Assembly (NCBI GenBank): GCA_048939015.1
Contig: JBHLPW010000017.1
Coordinates: forward strand, 15,584-79,583
DNA length: 64,000 nt
DNA from: Promethearchaeota archaeon
Lineage (GTDB): Archaea > Asgardarchaeota > Lokiarchaeia > Sigyniarchaeales > SOKP01
Direction of reading: 5' to 3'
Shown: positions 29,455 to 39,029 of the stretch, one piece after another
Layout: every line of letters begins with the position of its first letter
Numbering within the stretch: the first letter of the stretch is position 1
Translations under genes and position numbers: made by a program
Notes under the pieces: generated by a model
Database searches by the model: none
What the model was told of the DNA's origin: nothing
Seen by the model: only the letters and a program-made list of their open reading frames with translations

Positions 29455-30573
29455 TTATTTAAAAAAAGCATTAATTTTAGATGTTATGTATTCAATTTCC
29501 TCATCAGTCAGAAATGGATGCATAGGGAGACTGATCATCTCGTTTGCATATTGTTTAGTTCTTTTATTGTCAAAATGCTCTAGATGTATAAAAGGCTTGG
29601 TTTTTTCAATAGGGATTGGATAATGAATAATATTTGGAATGTTATTTTCTTTTAAATAAGTTTGAAGTTTATCTCGTTCTTTAACCCTAATAGCATAAAT
29701 ATGATAAATTTGCTTATCGATATAAGGTGCTGTTTTTGGTGTTATAATATTATTATTTTTAAGCAAATCATCATATATTCTTGCTTTTTCAATCCTCATA
29801 TCATTCCAAATATCTAGGTGCTTTAACTTTTCATCTACTACTATTGCTTGAATAGTATCTAATCTGTTATTCCATCCTTTAAAATCATAATAATATTTCA
29901 TAGAAGATCCATAGTTTCTTAGGGATCTAATCTTTTTATATAATTCCTCATTATTTGTGGTTATCACTCCAGCATCTCCTGCAGCACCCAAATTCTTTCC
30001 AGGATATAAGGAAAAGGCGGAGACATCGCCAAATCCCCCCACTTTTTTATTCAAGACCATTGCTCCATGAGCTTGAGAAGAATCTTCTAAAATAATACAT
30101 TCAAATTCTTCTGCGATTTCAAGTACACGCTTCATATTTGCTGGATGACCAAAAAGATGAACTGGAATAAGCACACATGATTTCCATTTCTTTCTATTTT
30201 TCTTAAGGTATGACTCCAGAAGCTCTACATCGATTTGATAATATTCATCGCAGTCAATCAAAACTAGTTCAAATTTAATATCACTAAGGTACATTATAGG
30301 CAATGCAGTAGCTATAAAAGTGTTTGCAGGGATAATTACACCACAGGGTGATTCAAGATTAAACGCTGCTAATGATAATTTTAATGCATCTGTTCCATTT
30401 GAAACCCCAATAGCAAACTTTGTTCCGCAATATCGAGCAAAATTTTCTTCAAATTCTCCTACAGCTTTTCCACCAATGAAATCAGATTTTTTAAAAAGAG
30501 CGTCTAGCCTTGGAGTAATATCTTCCCTTATAACATCCCATTGTTTCTCTAAATTATTAAACATTATATTCAT
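29455..30573 (-). CDS. DegT/DnrJ/EryC1/StrS sugar aminotransferase
   Basis: SNGTDAL, EDSSQAHG, SLYPGKNLGAAGDAG (PLP Lys), NNRLDTIQA. Confidence 0.93.
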   Translation of the reverse strand: MNIMFNNLEKQWDVIREDITPRLDALFKKSDFIGGKAVGEFEENFARYCGTKFAIGVSNGTDALKLSLAAFNLESPCGVIIPANTFIATALPIMYLSDIKFELVLIDCDEYYQIDVELLESYLKKNRKKWKSCVLIPVHLFGHPANMKRVLEIAEEFECIILEDSSQAHGAMVLNKKVGGFGDVSAFSLYPGKNLGAAGDAGVITTNNEELYKKIRSLRNYGSSMKYYYDFKGWNNRLDTIQAIVVDEKLKHLDIWNDMRIEKARIYDDLLKNNNIITPKTAPYIDKQIYHIYAIRVKERDKLQTYLKENNIPNIIHYPIPIEKTKPFIHLEHFDNKRTKQYANEMISLPMHPFLTDEEIEYITSKINAFFK

Positions 30574-30577
30574 ATAG

Positions 30578-31468
30578 TTATCCCTCTAATATTTTTAAAG
30601 TATCTATTGTTAATTTCTTTTGTTTAATTAAATCTTCCTTGCCAAATGAAAAGAAAGCTTCTATCGAATTTTTTAATGGCTCTTTATATGAGCTACAGGG
30701 ATAACTTAAGTTTCCTGAATAAATAGGATAACTAATGTTAGCAGAATCTTCATATTGCAGAAATCTTTTATAATCATCCCAAACGATAAAATAATTATCA
30801 AATTCAAAAATACATTCTCTTACTTTTTTCCTATATTGCCAACTAGCATTTATACTTACAATAAAATCACTATATTCTATTAATCCTAATGAGCTATCAT
30901 CTTGCTGACTACTTTTGTTTCTTTTATAATCTGTCCATCTAATATTAACAGGTTCTTTCGAAAAGAGAAATTGGATGATTGAAATATCATGAGATGCTAA
31001 ATCCCAACGTGCATTTACATCAAATCTCTCAGGACCTAAATTTAATCTATTCATTGAAACACTTCTGATATTTCCTAATTTACCATTTTCATAATCTTTC
31101 TTAATTGTTTGAATATGAGAATTATATGTAAAAATCCAATCTGTGAATAAAATTGTATTGTTTTCAAATGCAATTTTAAATAATTCTTCTGCTTCTGAAG
31201 CTGATGTGGTTAGGGGTTTTTCGCAGAAGACTCTAACATTTTTTTCTAAAAAGTATTTACATATATTATAATGCGTGCTTGTCGGAGTTGTTATGAATAC
31301 TGCATCACAATCTAATTTTTGATAATTATTAAAAGCTTCATAATTTTGATATTCATTCTTTGCCGGAAATGATTTATCACATATGATTATATTTTCTTTT
31401 CCCATACTTTCTAAATTTCTGAGAATAATTTTTCCCCAATATCCGATCCCTATTAAACCTATTTTCAT
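30578..31468 (-). CDS. Gfo/Idh/MocA NAD-dependent oxidoreductase (sugar 3-dehydrogenase-like)
   Basis: GLIGIGYWG, TPTSTH, CEKP, WDLASHD. Confidence 0.9.
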   Translation of the reverse strand: MKIGLIGIGYWGKIILRNLESMGKENIIICDKSFPAKNEYQNYEAFNNYQKLDCDAVFITTPTSTHYNICKYFLEKNVRVFCEKPLTTSASEAEELFKIAFENNTILFTDWIFTYNSHIQTIKKDYENGKLGNIRSVSMNRLNLGPERFDVNARWDLASHDISIIQFLFSKEPVNIRWTDYKRNKSSQQDDSSLGLIEYSDFIVSINASWQYRKKVRECIFEFDNYFIVWDDYKRFLQYEDSANISYPIYSGNLSYPCSSYKEPLKNSIEAFFSFGKEDLIKQKKLTIDTLKILEG

Positions 31469-31475
31469 TTCAATC

Positions 31476-31916
31476 CTAATCCGCTAATTTTCTTAATATT
31501 TTTGCTGGATTTCCAGCTATCACGCAGTTTCCAGGAAAATCTTTAGTAACAACTGCTCCAGCTCCAATAATAGATTTATCTCCAATTTTAACTGGTAATA
31601 TTGTGGCATTCGAACCAATACGAACATCATTTCCTATTACTGTCTCTTTTCTTATCCAATTTTCAAAATTTGGCGAATCCACAAAAAGATCATTGGTAAA
31701 CATAGTCCCATGGCTAATAAAGCAGTGTTTTCCTATAGTTACTCCATCACATATGAAGGAATGACTTTGTACTCTTGTATTTTCATTAATAACTACATTT
31801 TTTTGAATTTCAACAAATGGACCAATAAAACAATTATTACCTATTGTACACCCATATAAATTTACAGGGTCAATTATTTTTACATTTTCTCCGATTTGGC
31901 AATCTTTTATTGGCAA
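31476..31916 (-). CDS. Hexapeptide-repeat sugar N-acetyltransferase (WbpD/FdtC-like)
   Basis: NLYGCTIG..CFIGPFVEIQ, FTND, IGAGAVVTKD, GNPA; TTG start. Confidence 0.9.
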   Translation of the reverse strand: MPIKDCQIGENVKIIDPVNLYGCTIGNNCFIGPFVEIQKNVVINENTRVQSHSFICDGVTIGKHCFISHGTMFTNDLFVDSPNFENWIRKETVIGNDVRIGSNATILPVKIGDKSIIGAGAVVTKDFPGNCVIAGNPAKILRKLAD

Positions 31917-32031
31917 AATTTATCTTTATTCTTTATTGTTTTAATTTTTCAATTGTTTATACATTAAATTAAAAATGTAATTTGAAGTTTACCACATATA
32001 AAAGTATAAATTAAAGTTTAATTAATTCCGT

Positions 32032-32739
32032 TTACGTTATCAATTTATACTTAATTAATTCAATGAAATTCTTAAAAATTGACCGAATTATGTAAAAAGG
32101 ATGTCTCGCAATTACTTTCTCAATGTGGTTTACTGGAATTTCACAATATTTTATTCCCATCATTTTTATTAGGCTAACTAATTCGATTTCTATAAATGGT
32201 CCTTTTGCAACAGTATATTTGACTAATTTTTTACCAATTTCGGTTCTAAAAGCTTTCAAACAATCTACATCATTAAAGTGGGTTTTAAAAAGAATATTAA
32301 CAAGTATAGTATGAACTCTAGAAATTAATATCCGAATAAAAGGGCGATCAAGATTACTTTCTGGGTGAAATCGGACTCCAAGAAGGATTGGATACTTATC
32401 AATCAGATTAAAAGCACGTCCAATAAAGTTCAAACTAAAAGCTAAATCTACCGGATAAAGAGTAACCATTCCATAATTAGCTTGGAGTATGCCATATCGA
32501 TAAGCTTCTCCATAGGAAGGATCTGGTAAACAAAAAGATTTTATATTTGAATATTCTTCTTCCAATTTTTTCGCAATATTAGCAGTATGGTCAGTGCTAC
32601 CATTTTCAATTATAAGAATCTCAAAATTTTTTGAAACTAAATCTGATAAATATTTATGAATTATAGCTATACTAGAACGCAGATTACTTTCTTCATTGTA
32701 GGCGGGAACGACGACACTTATACTCCGTATTTTTGACAT
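32032..32739 (-). CDS. GT2 glycosyltransferase, polyprenol-phosphate glycosyltransferase (DPM1/ALG5-like)
   Basis: SVVVPAYNEE, ENGSTDHT, D..CLKAFR, EIPV; DxD motif degenerate (PVD). Confidence 0.85.
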   Translation of the reverse strand: MSKIRSISVVVPAYNEESNLRSSIAIIHKYLSDLVSKNFEILIIENGSTDHTANIAKKLEEEYSNIKSFCLPDPSYGEAYRYGILQANYGMVTLYPVDLAFSLNFIGRAFNLIDKYPILLGVRFHPESNLDRPFIRILISRVHTILVNILFKTHFNDVDCLKAFRTEIGKKLVKYTVAKGPFIEIELVSLIKMMGIKYCEIPVNHIEKVIARHPFYIIRSIFKNFIELIKYKLIT

Positions 32740-32755
32740 ATTCTTCTTACGCTAA

Positions 32756-33805
32756 CTATTCTTTAATTAGTTCTAATTGCTTTAATCTGAAATTATAGTG
32801 AAAAATTGAATATCCTCCAAAAAATAAAACATAGGCGCTTCTGAACAAATGATCTATAAAAAATAAAGGTAAAATCTCATATTGAAAATCCAATATAGGA
32901 TAAAAGAAATACAAAAAGAAAGCACCTATATTTTCTGAGATAACCCATCCTCCTGGAGTTATAGGGAATGCTTTACTAAAAAAGGACAACAATTTTGCTA
33001 AAATTAGTATTACAATATTTAACTGATAACCTGCGACATAAAAAAAGATTACAACGATAAATCCATCAATAATCCATACGGGGAATCCTAATAAGATAAC
33101 ATATATTAAATTTTTTTTATTCTCTTTTAATCTTTTAATGCCATTCTTAAAATTTCTTATAAATCTTCCAATATAATTTGCTATCTTTGGAGAAATTTTT
33201 GTAATAATTCGTATTATAGTTTCAGTTTTATATAACAGTAGTATTATACCAATCAAGATCCCAATTATTAAAACTGCTCCGATAATCAAATAAAATTGTA
33301 TGTTTAATCCTAAAATTTCTCTCGAACTGACTTCACCAATATTACTAATATATAGATATATTAAAGCAAAACAACTAATTAGAAACAATAAAATTAGATC
33401 TAATACTCTTTCTAAGGCAATCCCTGCCGTTGATTCACCCAATCCTATTTCCTCTTCATCTCTTATGATAAAAATCTTAGCGAAATCTCCTAATTTTCCA
33501 GGAGTCACATCATTTATCACGAATGAGGCACCAGTAGAAAATAAGCAGTTAGTATACTTAACATTATGATTAAGACCATTGAAGATTAATTTCAATTTAT
33601 AAGCTCTCAAAATGAAAGCAATAGTATAGGTTAGTATAAAAATAAGTAAGCCAATATATCCTACTGAGATAATGTTTTGAATCAAATTTCTAAAATCAAC
33701 AAAAAAAGCCATTAAAATAATTAATATTATTGTTGCAATTCCAATGAGAATTCTTTTCCTTCTCTTTAACCAATTAAAAAATCCTTTTGTTTTATCTTCA
33801 TTCAT
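32756..33805 (-). CDS. Lysylphosphatidylglycerol-synthase-TM / UPF0104 flippase-like membrane protein
   Basis: LRAYK, NDVTPGKLGD, ERVLD, PITPGGW..E motifs; multi-TM. Confidence 0.85.
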   Translation of the reverse strand: MNEDKTKGFFNWLKRRKRILIGIATIILIILMAFFVDFRNLIQNIISVGYIGLLIFILTYTIAFILRAYKLKLIFNGLNHNVKYTNCLFSTGASFVINDVTPGKLGDFAKIFIIRDEEEIGLGESTAGIALERVLDLILLFLISCFALIYLYISNIGEVSSREILGLNIQFYLIIGAVLIIGILIGIILLLYKTETIIRIITKISPKIANYIGRFIRNFKNGIKRLKENKKNLIYVILLGFPVWIIDGFIVVIFFYVAGYQLNIVILILAKLLSFFSKAFPITPGGWVISENIGAFFLYFFYPILDFQYEILPLFFIDHLFRSAYVLFFGGYSIFHYNFRLKQLELIKE

Positions 33806-33919
33806 GAATTGTAAATCTAAATTTACTTTTCATCTTAAATTTTTTTAATTTTTTTAAGGCATGTTATTATTCTTTTATTATATTGAGAATGTAAATAAAA
33901 AATGAAAAAAGGGAGATTC

Positions 33920-35182
33920 ATGAAAAAAGTGGAATTATTAGCACCAGCAAAAAACTTTAAGGCAATAAAAGCAGCATCAAATTACGCAGATTCTATTTAT
34001 TTTGGAGTAGAAAATTTTAATATGCGTATGAGGTCTGAAAATATTGCTATAGATGACTTATATAGAATTATTGATTATTGCCATAGTAATAATTTAAAAG
34101 CGTATTTAGCAACTAATATTCTCGTTTACGATAATGAAATAAAGGATATTCGAAATATTGTTTTGAGGGGAAAAGAAGCGGGAATTGACGCATTAATCGT
34201 ACATGATTTAGCAGTAATTCAAATTGCTAAAGAAGTTGGAATCCCTTTTCATATTTCTACTCAGTGTAATGTATCTAATTCTTTATCAGCAAGATTTTAT
34301 GAAGAACTTGGTGCTGAACGAATTATATTAGCAAGGGAATTATCTCTAGAAAAGATAAAAGAGATAAAGCGAAATCTTACCAAAACTGAAGTTGAGGTAT
34401 TTATTCATGGAGCAATGTGTACTTCCGTAAGCGGAAGATGTTATTTTTCTCAGGATATATGTGGAACTCCTGAAAAATCAGCAAATAGAGGGAGTTGTGA
34501 ACAACCATGTAGAAGAAAATGGTGGGTTCGAGATGAATTTGACAATGAATACATTTATGATGGGGTGAGATTCATGAATTCAAGAGATTTATGCACCATA
34601 GCATATATACCTCAATTAATTGAAGCGGGAATTGATGCCTTTAAAATAGAGGGTAGAATGCGTCATCCCCACTATGTAGAGATTGTATCAAAAATATATC
34701 GAGAAGCTATAGAAGCATATTATAATAATTCCTTTAATGACAAAAAAGTAGGAAAATGGGTTACAGAATTAAAGAAAGTCTATAATAGGGGATTTACTCC
34801 TGGATTTTATTTTAATAGAATGACTGAGAAAGATCACCAACATAAATCACCTTCAAATTTATCTCATTACAGATATATAAAAGTTGGAGTAATTGAGGAT
34901 TATAATGAAAATTCAAAACTCTCAAATGTTTCACTTAATAATGGATATTTGTCGAAAAATGATGATATTATCATCATGGCAAAAGATACTGACACTTACA
35001 TTCACCAGAAAGTCCAAAAAATAGTATATAAGGGAAGAGAAGTAAATAAAACCCCAAGAGGTTCAAAAGATAAGAAAGTTGTAATTCAATTGAGAGTAAA
35101 TGATAAAGTTACTGGGGATGGTATGGACAAAGTTTATGTATTTACTGATAAGACATACTATAAAAAGAAATATTCATTATGA
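33920..35182 (+). CDS. Peptidase U32 family Fe-S protein (TrhP-like RNA hydroxylation)
   Basis: ELLAPA, HISTQ, LARELS, HGAMC..SGRC, NRGSCEQPCR, KIEGR; ATG 33920 follows GGGAG. Confidence 0.88.
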   Translation: MKKVELLAPAKNFKAIKAASNYADSIYFGVENFNMRMRSENIAIDDLYRIIDYCHSNNLKAYLATNILVYDNEIKDIRNIVLRGKEAGIDALIVHDLAVIQIAKEVGIPFHISTQCNVSNSLSARFYEELGAERIILARELSLEKIKEIKRNLTKTEVEVFIHGAMCTSVSGRCYFSQDICGTPEKSANRGSCEQPCRRKWWVRDEFDNEYIYDGVRFMNSRDLCTIAYIPQLIEAGIDAFKIEGRMRHPHYVEIVSKIYREAIEAYYNNSFNDKKVGKWVTELKKVYNRGFTPGFYFNRMTEKDHQHKSPSNLSHYRYIKVGVIEDYNENSKLSNVSLNNGYLSKNDDIIIMAKDTDTYIHQKVQKIVYKGREVNKTPRGSKDKKVVIQLRVNDKVTGDGMDKVYVFTDKTYYKKKYSL

Positions 35183-35231
35183 ACTGTTCATTTTATTTTA
35201 ACTAAGAACTCATTCAATATAGGTTTTTTAT

Positions 35232-36149
35232 ATGGAAAAAGATAATAAAAAGATAGTGGAGTCTGTACCTAATTATTCTGAAGGAATAGACAACCAAAAG
35301 ATTGAGTCAATAGTAGATGAGATCAGAAAGACTCCTAATACTCGAATTGTAGATGTTCAATATGATTCTGATTATAATAGAGCTGTGATTACATTTGTAG
35401 GAACACCTGAAGCAGTATTAGAAGCAAACATAAATGCTGCCAAAAAAGCCATCAATTTAATCGATATGAATTCTCATAAAGGTCAACATCCCCGAATTGG
35501 AGCTGTTGATGTTGTTCCATTTGTGCCAGCACAAAATGTAACTATGGAAGAATGTATTGAATTATCAGTTAAATTTGCTGAAGCAATGGCAAATGAAGGA
35601 GTCCCTGTATATCTGTACGAAGAATCTGCTCGAAAATTAGATAGAAAAAATATTGATAATATTCGAAAGGGAGAATATGAAAAGCTTAAAGAACTAATTA
35701 AAACAGATCCAGAGCGGAAACCTGATTTTGGCCCATCTGAATTCCATCCTACTGCAGGAGCAATAATAACGGGAGCAAGAAATCCTTTAATTAGTTTTAA
35801 TATTAATCTAGGCACGAAGGATGTCAAAATTGCTAGGAAAGTTGCCAAGTCAATTCATTTGCGTTCTGGTGGACTTGTAAATATAAAGGCAATGGGAACT
35901 GAACTGAAAAATCGCGATTATGTACAAGTTGGTATTTCAAACATAAATTATAAAAAAACACCATTATATAGAGAAATGGAGTTAGTAAGAATGGAAGCCG
36001 CTCGATATGGCGTGTCTGTAATAGGAACTGAGTTAATTGGTGTATTGCCTCTAGGGGCAGTACTGAATTCACTAGAATATTACTTACAACTTGATAATCC
36101 AGAAAAATTAGAAGATAAACACTTACTAGAATTTTATTTTGATTTCTAA
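35232..36149 (+). CDS. ftcD: Glutamate formiminotransferase (stand-alone FT domain)
   Basis: ESVPNYSEG, D.DYNRAV, HKGQHPRIGAVDVVPF, PDFGP..FHPTAGA. Confidence 0.92.
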   Translation: MEKDNKKIVESVPNYSEGIDNQKIESIVDEIRKTPNTRIVDVQYDSDYNRAVITFVGTPEAVLEANINAAKKAINLIDMNSHKGQHPRIGAVDVVPFVPAQNVTMEECIELSVKFAEAMANEGVPVYLYEESARKLDRKNIDNIRKGEYEKLKELIKTDPERKPDFGPSEFHPTAGAIITGARNPLISFNINLGTKDVKIARKVAKSIHLRSGGLVNIKAMGTELKNRDYVQVGISNINYKKTPLYREMELVRMEAARYGVSVIGTELIGVLPLGAVLNSLEYYLQLDNPEKLEDKHLLEFYFDF

Positions 36150-36153
36150 AAAT

Positions 36154-37479
36154 TCAATTTGGTAATTCCTTATCAACAACTATTTTACCATTTTTTATTA
36201 CTTTTAAGGCCAAATTTACACCAAAATGATAAGGCAAGAAATCATGATTAGGAACATCAAACACGACAAGATCTGCTTTTTTTCCAACTTCAAGACTTCC
36301 AACTTCATCTTGTCTTTGAATTGCACATGCGCTATTAATTGTTGCTGCTGTGAGGGCCTCGGCTGGTGAAAGCCTCATATTATAACAGGCTAAAGCAATT
36401 ATCATTTGCATTGATTCTGTCCAACAGTTTGGATTAAGATCCGTGGCTAGGGCGATGGGTACTCCTAAATCGATCATTTTTCTTGCAGGTGCATAATCCT
36501 TTAACATTAAACAAAATGGTGTTCCTGGAAGGAGCGTTGCGATAACACCTGCTTCTGCCATAGCTTTTAAACCATCATCATTTGACTTTAGTAAATGCCC
36601 TGATTGAATTGCCCTTATCTCAGAAGCTAATGATGCTCCATTAGTATCCACAATCTCGTCAATATGGATTTGAGGTTTTAAGCCGTATCTAATAGCTGCT
36701 TTCAAAATCTTACTTGTCTGTTTTCTTGTAAAAATTCCTTCTTCACAAAATACATCACAATATTCTGCTAGATTTTCTTCTGCAATTTTAGGAATCATAT
36801 CTGAAATAATTAATTTAACATAATCGTTAGGGTTATTCTGATATTCTGGAGGTATTGTGTGCGCTCCCAGAAAGGTTGGAATTATATCTATTGGATGTTC
36901 TTCATTTAAGATTTGAATAGCATTTAGCTGTTTAATTTCACTTTCTGTGTTTAAACCGTAACCCGATTTTGTTTCAATGGTTGTCGTCCCGCATTCCATC
37001 ATTTTATCCAAGATTTTCTTACCATTTTCAACCAATTTTTCTAAAGATGCTTTTCTTGTTTCACGAACTGTTTTTAAAATTCCTCCTCCTGTTTTTAAAA
37101 TCTCAAGATAAGTCTTTCCTTTAAGTTTCATCGACAATTCATTTTCTCGTGTACCATCAAAAATAATATGTGTATGTGGATCGATAAATCCAGGAGTAAC
37201 TAACTTATTAGATGCATCTATTTTTGTAAGAACCTTCCCAAATTCATATTTTGAAATGAATTCATCAGTAGTTCCAATAAAGACAATTCTATCATCTTTA
37301 GTAGCTATGGCTCCATCATTAATAATTGCTAATTCTAACATTTCTTCACCTATTCTTGGAGCTCCATATTTTGTATTCATAGTGACAAGTTCATTACAGT
37401 GGTACACAACTAAATCTGGTTCAATACTAGAAAACACTTCTTTTTTTGAATACGTTGATGCTACAAACAATTCGATCAA
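36154..37479 (-). CDS. hutI: Imidazolonepropionase
   Basis: PGFIDPHTH, GGGILKTV, KSGYGL, FLGAH, DVFCE, LATDLNP. Confidence 0.94.
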   Translation of the reverse strand: MIELFVASTYSKKEVFSSIEPDLVVYHCNELVTMNTKYGAPRIGEEMLELAIINDGAIATKDDRIVFIGTTDEFISKYEFGKVLTKIDASNKLVTPGFIDPHTHIIFDGTRENELSMKLKGKTYLEILKTGGGILKTVRETRKASLEKLVENGKKILDKMMECGTTTIETKSGYGLNTESEIKQLNAIQILNEEHPIDIIPTFLGAHTIPPEYQNNPNDYVKLIISDMIPKIAEENLAEYCDVFCEEGIFTRKQTSKILKAAIRYGLKPQIHIDEIVDTNGASLASEIRAIQSGHLLKSNDDGLKAMAEAGVIATLLPGTPFCLMLKDYAPARKMIDLGVPIALATDLNPNCWTESMQMIIALACYNMRLSPAEALTAATINSACAIQRQDEVGSLEVGKKADLVVFDVPNHDFLPYHFGVNLALKVIKNGKIVVDKELPN

Positions 37480-37483
37480 ACTC

Positions 37484-38998
37484 TTAATTATTTTGCGAGA
37501 TTTTTAATAATTCATTACTTTTGATAATATTTAATGCGGAGTTAATATATTCGGATAAAATTGTATCTTCCTTGATATGAGGTATTTGTGTTCGAATATA
37601 TTTATGACATTTTTCTAATATTATACTAGATTTCAAAGGTCTCCTAAAGTCAAATGCTTGAGCAGCACATAAAAGTTCAATTGCCAGAATTTTTTCAAGA
37701 TTTTTCAAGACTTTAAGAGTTTTTCTTGCACTAATTGGGCCCATACTTACATGATCTTCTTGCCCTCCTCCGGTAGGTATACTGTCTGCACTTGCAGGAA
37801 AGCAAAGTGATTTATTTTCACTAACTAAAGCAGCTGATGTATATTGTGTTATCATAAATCCTGAGTTTAAACCCGCTCCTTCGATTAAATTTGAAGGTAA
37901 ACCCCATTTTCCTTCAAGTAATAAGAAAATCCGTCGATCAGATATATTACCAAGTTCTGATGCTGCAAAACAAATATAATCTAAAGGAAGAGCAAGAGGT
38001 TGACCATGAAAATTTCCTCCACTATATGATTCTTCTTTACTAAAAATTATTGGATTATCTGTAACTGAATTGAGCTCACATTCTAATTTTTCATTAAAAT
38101 GGATTAAAGCATCTCTAGAAGCCCCATGGACTTGGGGGATACATCTAATGGAATAAGGATCCTGAACACGTTTACAATCCTTATGTGATTCTACAAATTT
38201 GGAATCTTCTAGAAAGCTTCTAATTCTTTTGGCGACTATTATTGCTCCGTTATGCGGTCTTAATTGTATCAGTTTTTCTGTGAAAGGTTGAGGTGACCCT
38301 AAATAACCCTCAATAGTTAAAGCACTAATAAGATCAGCATGATCTAAACATTTGTTAAATTTTTCAGATATTTTCACTCCAAATGCAGAAATGAATTGTG
38401 TACCGTTAATTAAAGCTAATCCTTCTTTCGCTTGAAGCTTTAGGGGTTTCATTTTATGTTCATTTAATATTTTCTCAGTCGATATATAATTTTTACCATC
38501 TTTGGTTATATATCCTAAGCCTATTATGGGTAAAAATAAATGAGCTAAAGGTGCTAAATCTCCAGATGCACCAACTGAACCTTTCTTAGGAACATAAGGG
38601 ATGAAATTATTATTTATATGCCAGCAAATTCTTTCTACAACTTCAAGAGATATTCCCGAATAGCCCATAGACAAGGCATGAACCTTTAGAATTAGCATTA
38701 ATTTAGCTATTTCAAATTCAATTGGTGATCCAACGCCTACACTATGACTTTTAAGAAGATTTTCCTGCAATTTTCCTGTTTCATCTTTTGAAATACGAGT
38801 AGTACATAAAGGACCAAATCCAGTATTTATACTATAAATTAATTTTTCCCCGTTCGCTATCGATTGAACAGTTTCAAAATTTTGAATTAGTCGTTCTTTT
38901 ACGTCATCAGTTAGGATTCCTTTGATTATTCCTCTAGATATTTCTAAAGCTTTTTCTACAGTTAATTTATCTTTTCCATATCTAAAATTGTCACTCAG
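37484..38998 (-). CDS. hutH: Histidine ammonia-lyase (start extended to near-cognate CTG at 38998)
   Basis: MIO motif GSVGASGDLAPL, QDPYSIRC, GGNFHG, QEDHVSM. The frame stays open 76 codons upstream of the track start and contains YSINTGFG. Confidence 0.93.
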   Translation of the reverse strand: MSDNFRYGKDKLTVEKALEISRGIIKGILTDDVKERLIQNFETVQSIANGEKLIYSINTGFGPLCTTRISKDETGKLQENLLKSHSVGVGSPIEFEIAKLMLILKVHALSMGYSGISLEVVERICWHINNNFIPYVPKKGSVGASGDLAPLAHLFLPIIGLGYITKDGKNYISTEKILNEHKMKPLKLQAKEGLALINGTQFISAFGVKISEKFNKCLDHADLISALTIEGYLGSPQPFTEKLIQLRPHNGAIIVAKRIRSFLEDSKFVESHKDCKRVQDPYSIRCIPQVHGASRDALIHFNEKLECELNSVTDNPIIFSKEESYSGGNFHGQPLALPLDYICFAASELGNISDRRIFLLLEGKWGLPSNLIEGAGLNSGFMITQYTSAALVSENKSLCFPASADSIPTGGGQEDHVSMGPISARKTLKVLKNLEKILAIELLCAAQAFDFRRPLKSSIILEKCHKYIRTQIPHIKEDTILSEYINSALNIIKSNELLKISQNN

Positions 38999-39029
38999 AA
39001 TGATTCACTCTCTAAATATAATATTCAAT

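Noticed and set aside
37484-38998. hutH as a truncated pseudogene (per the ORF track)
   Set aside because: The upstream frame is intact and conserved, with no stop or frameshift; only a canonical start codon is missing.
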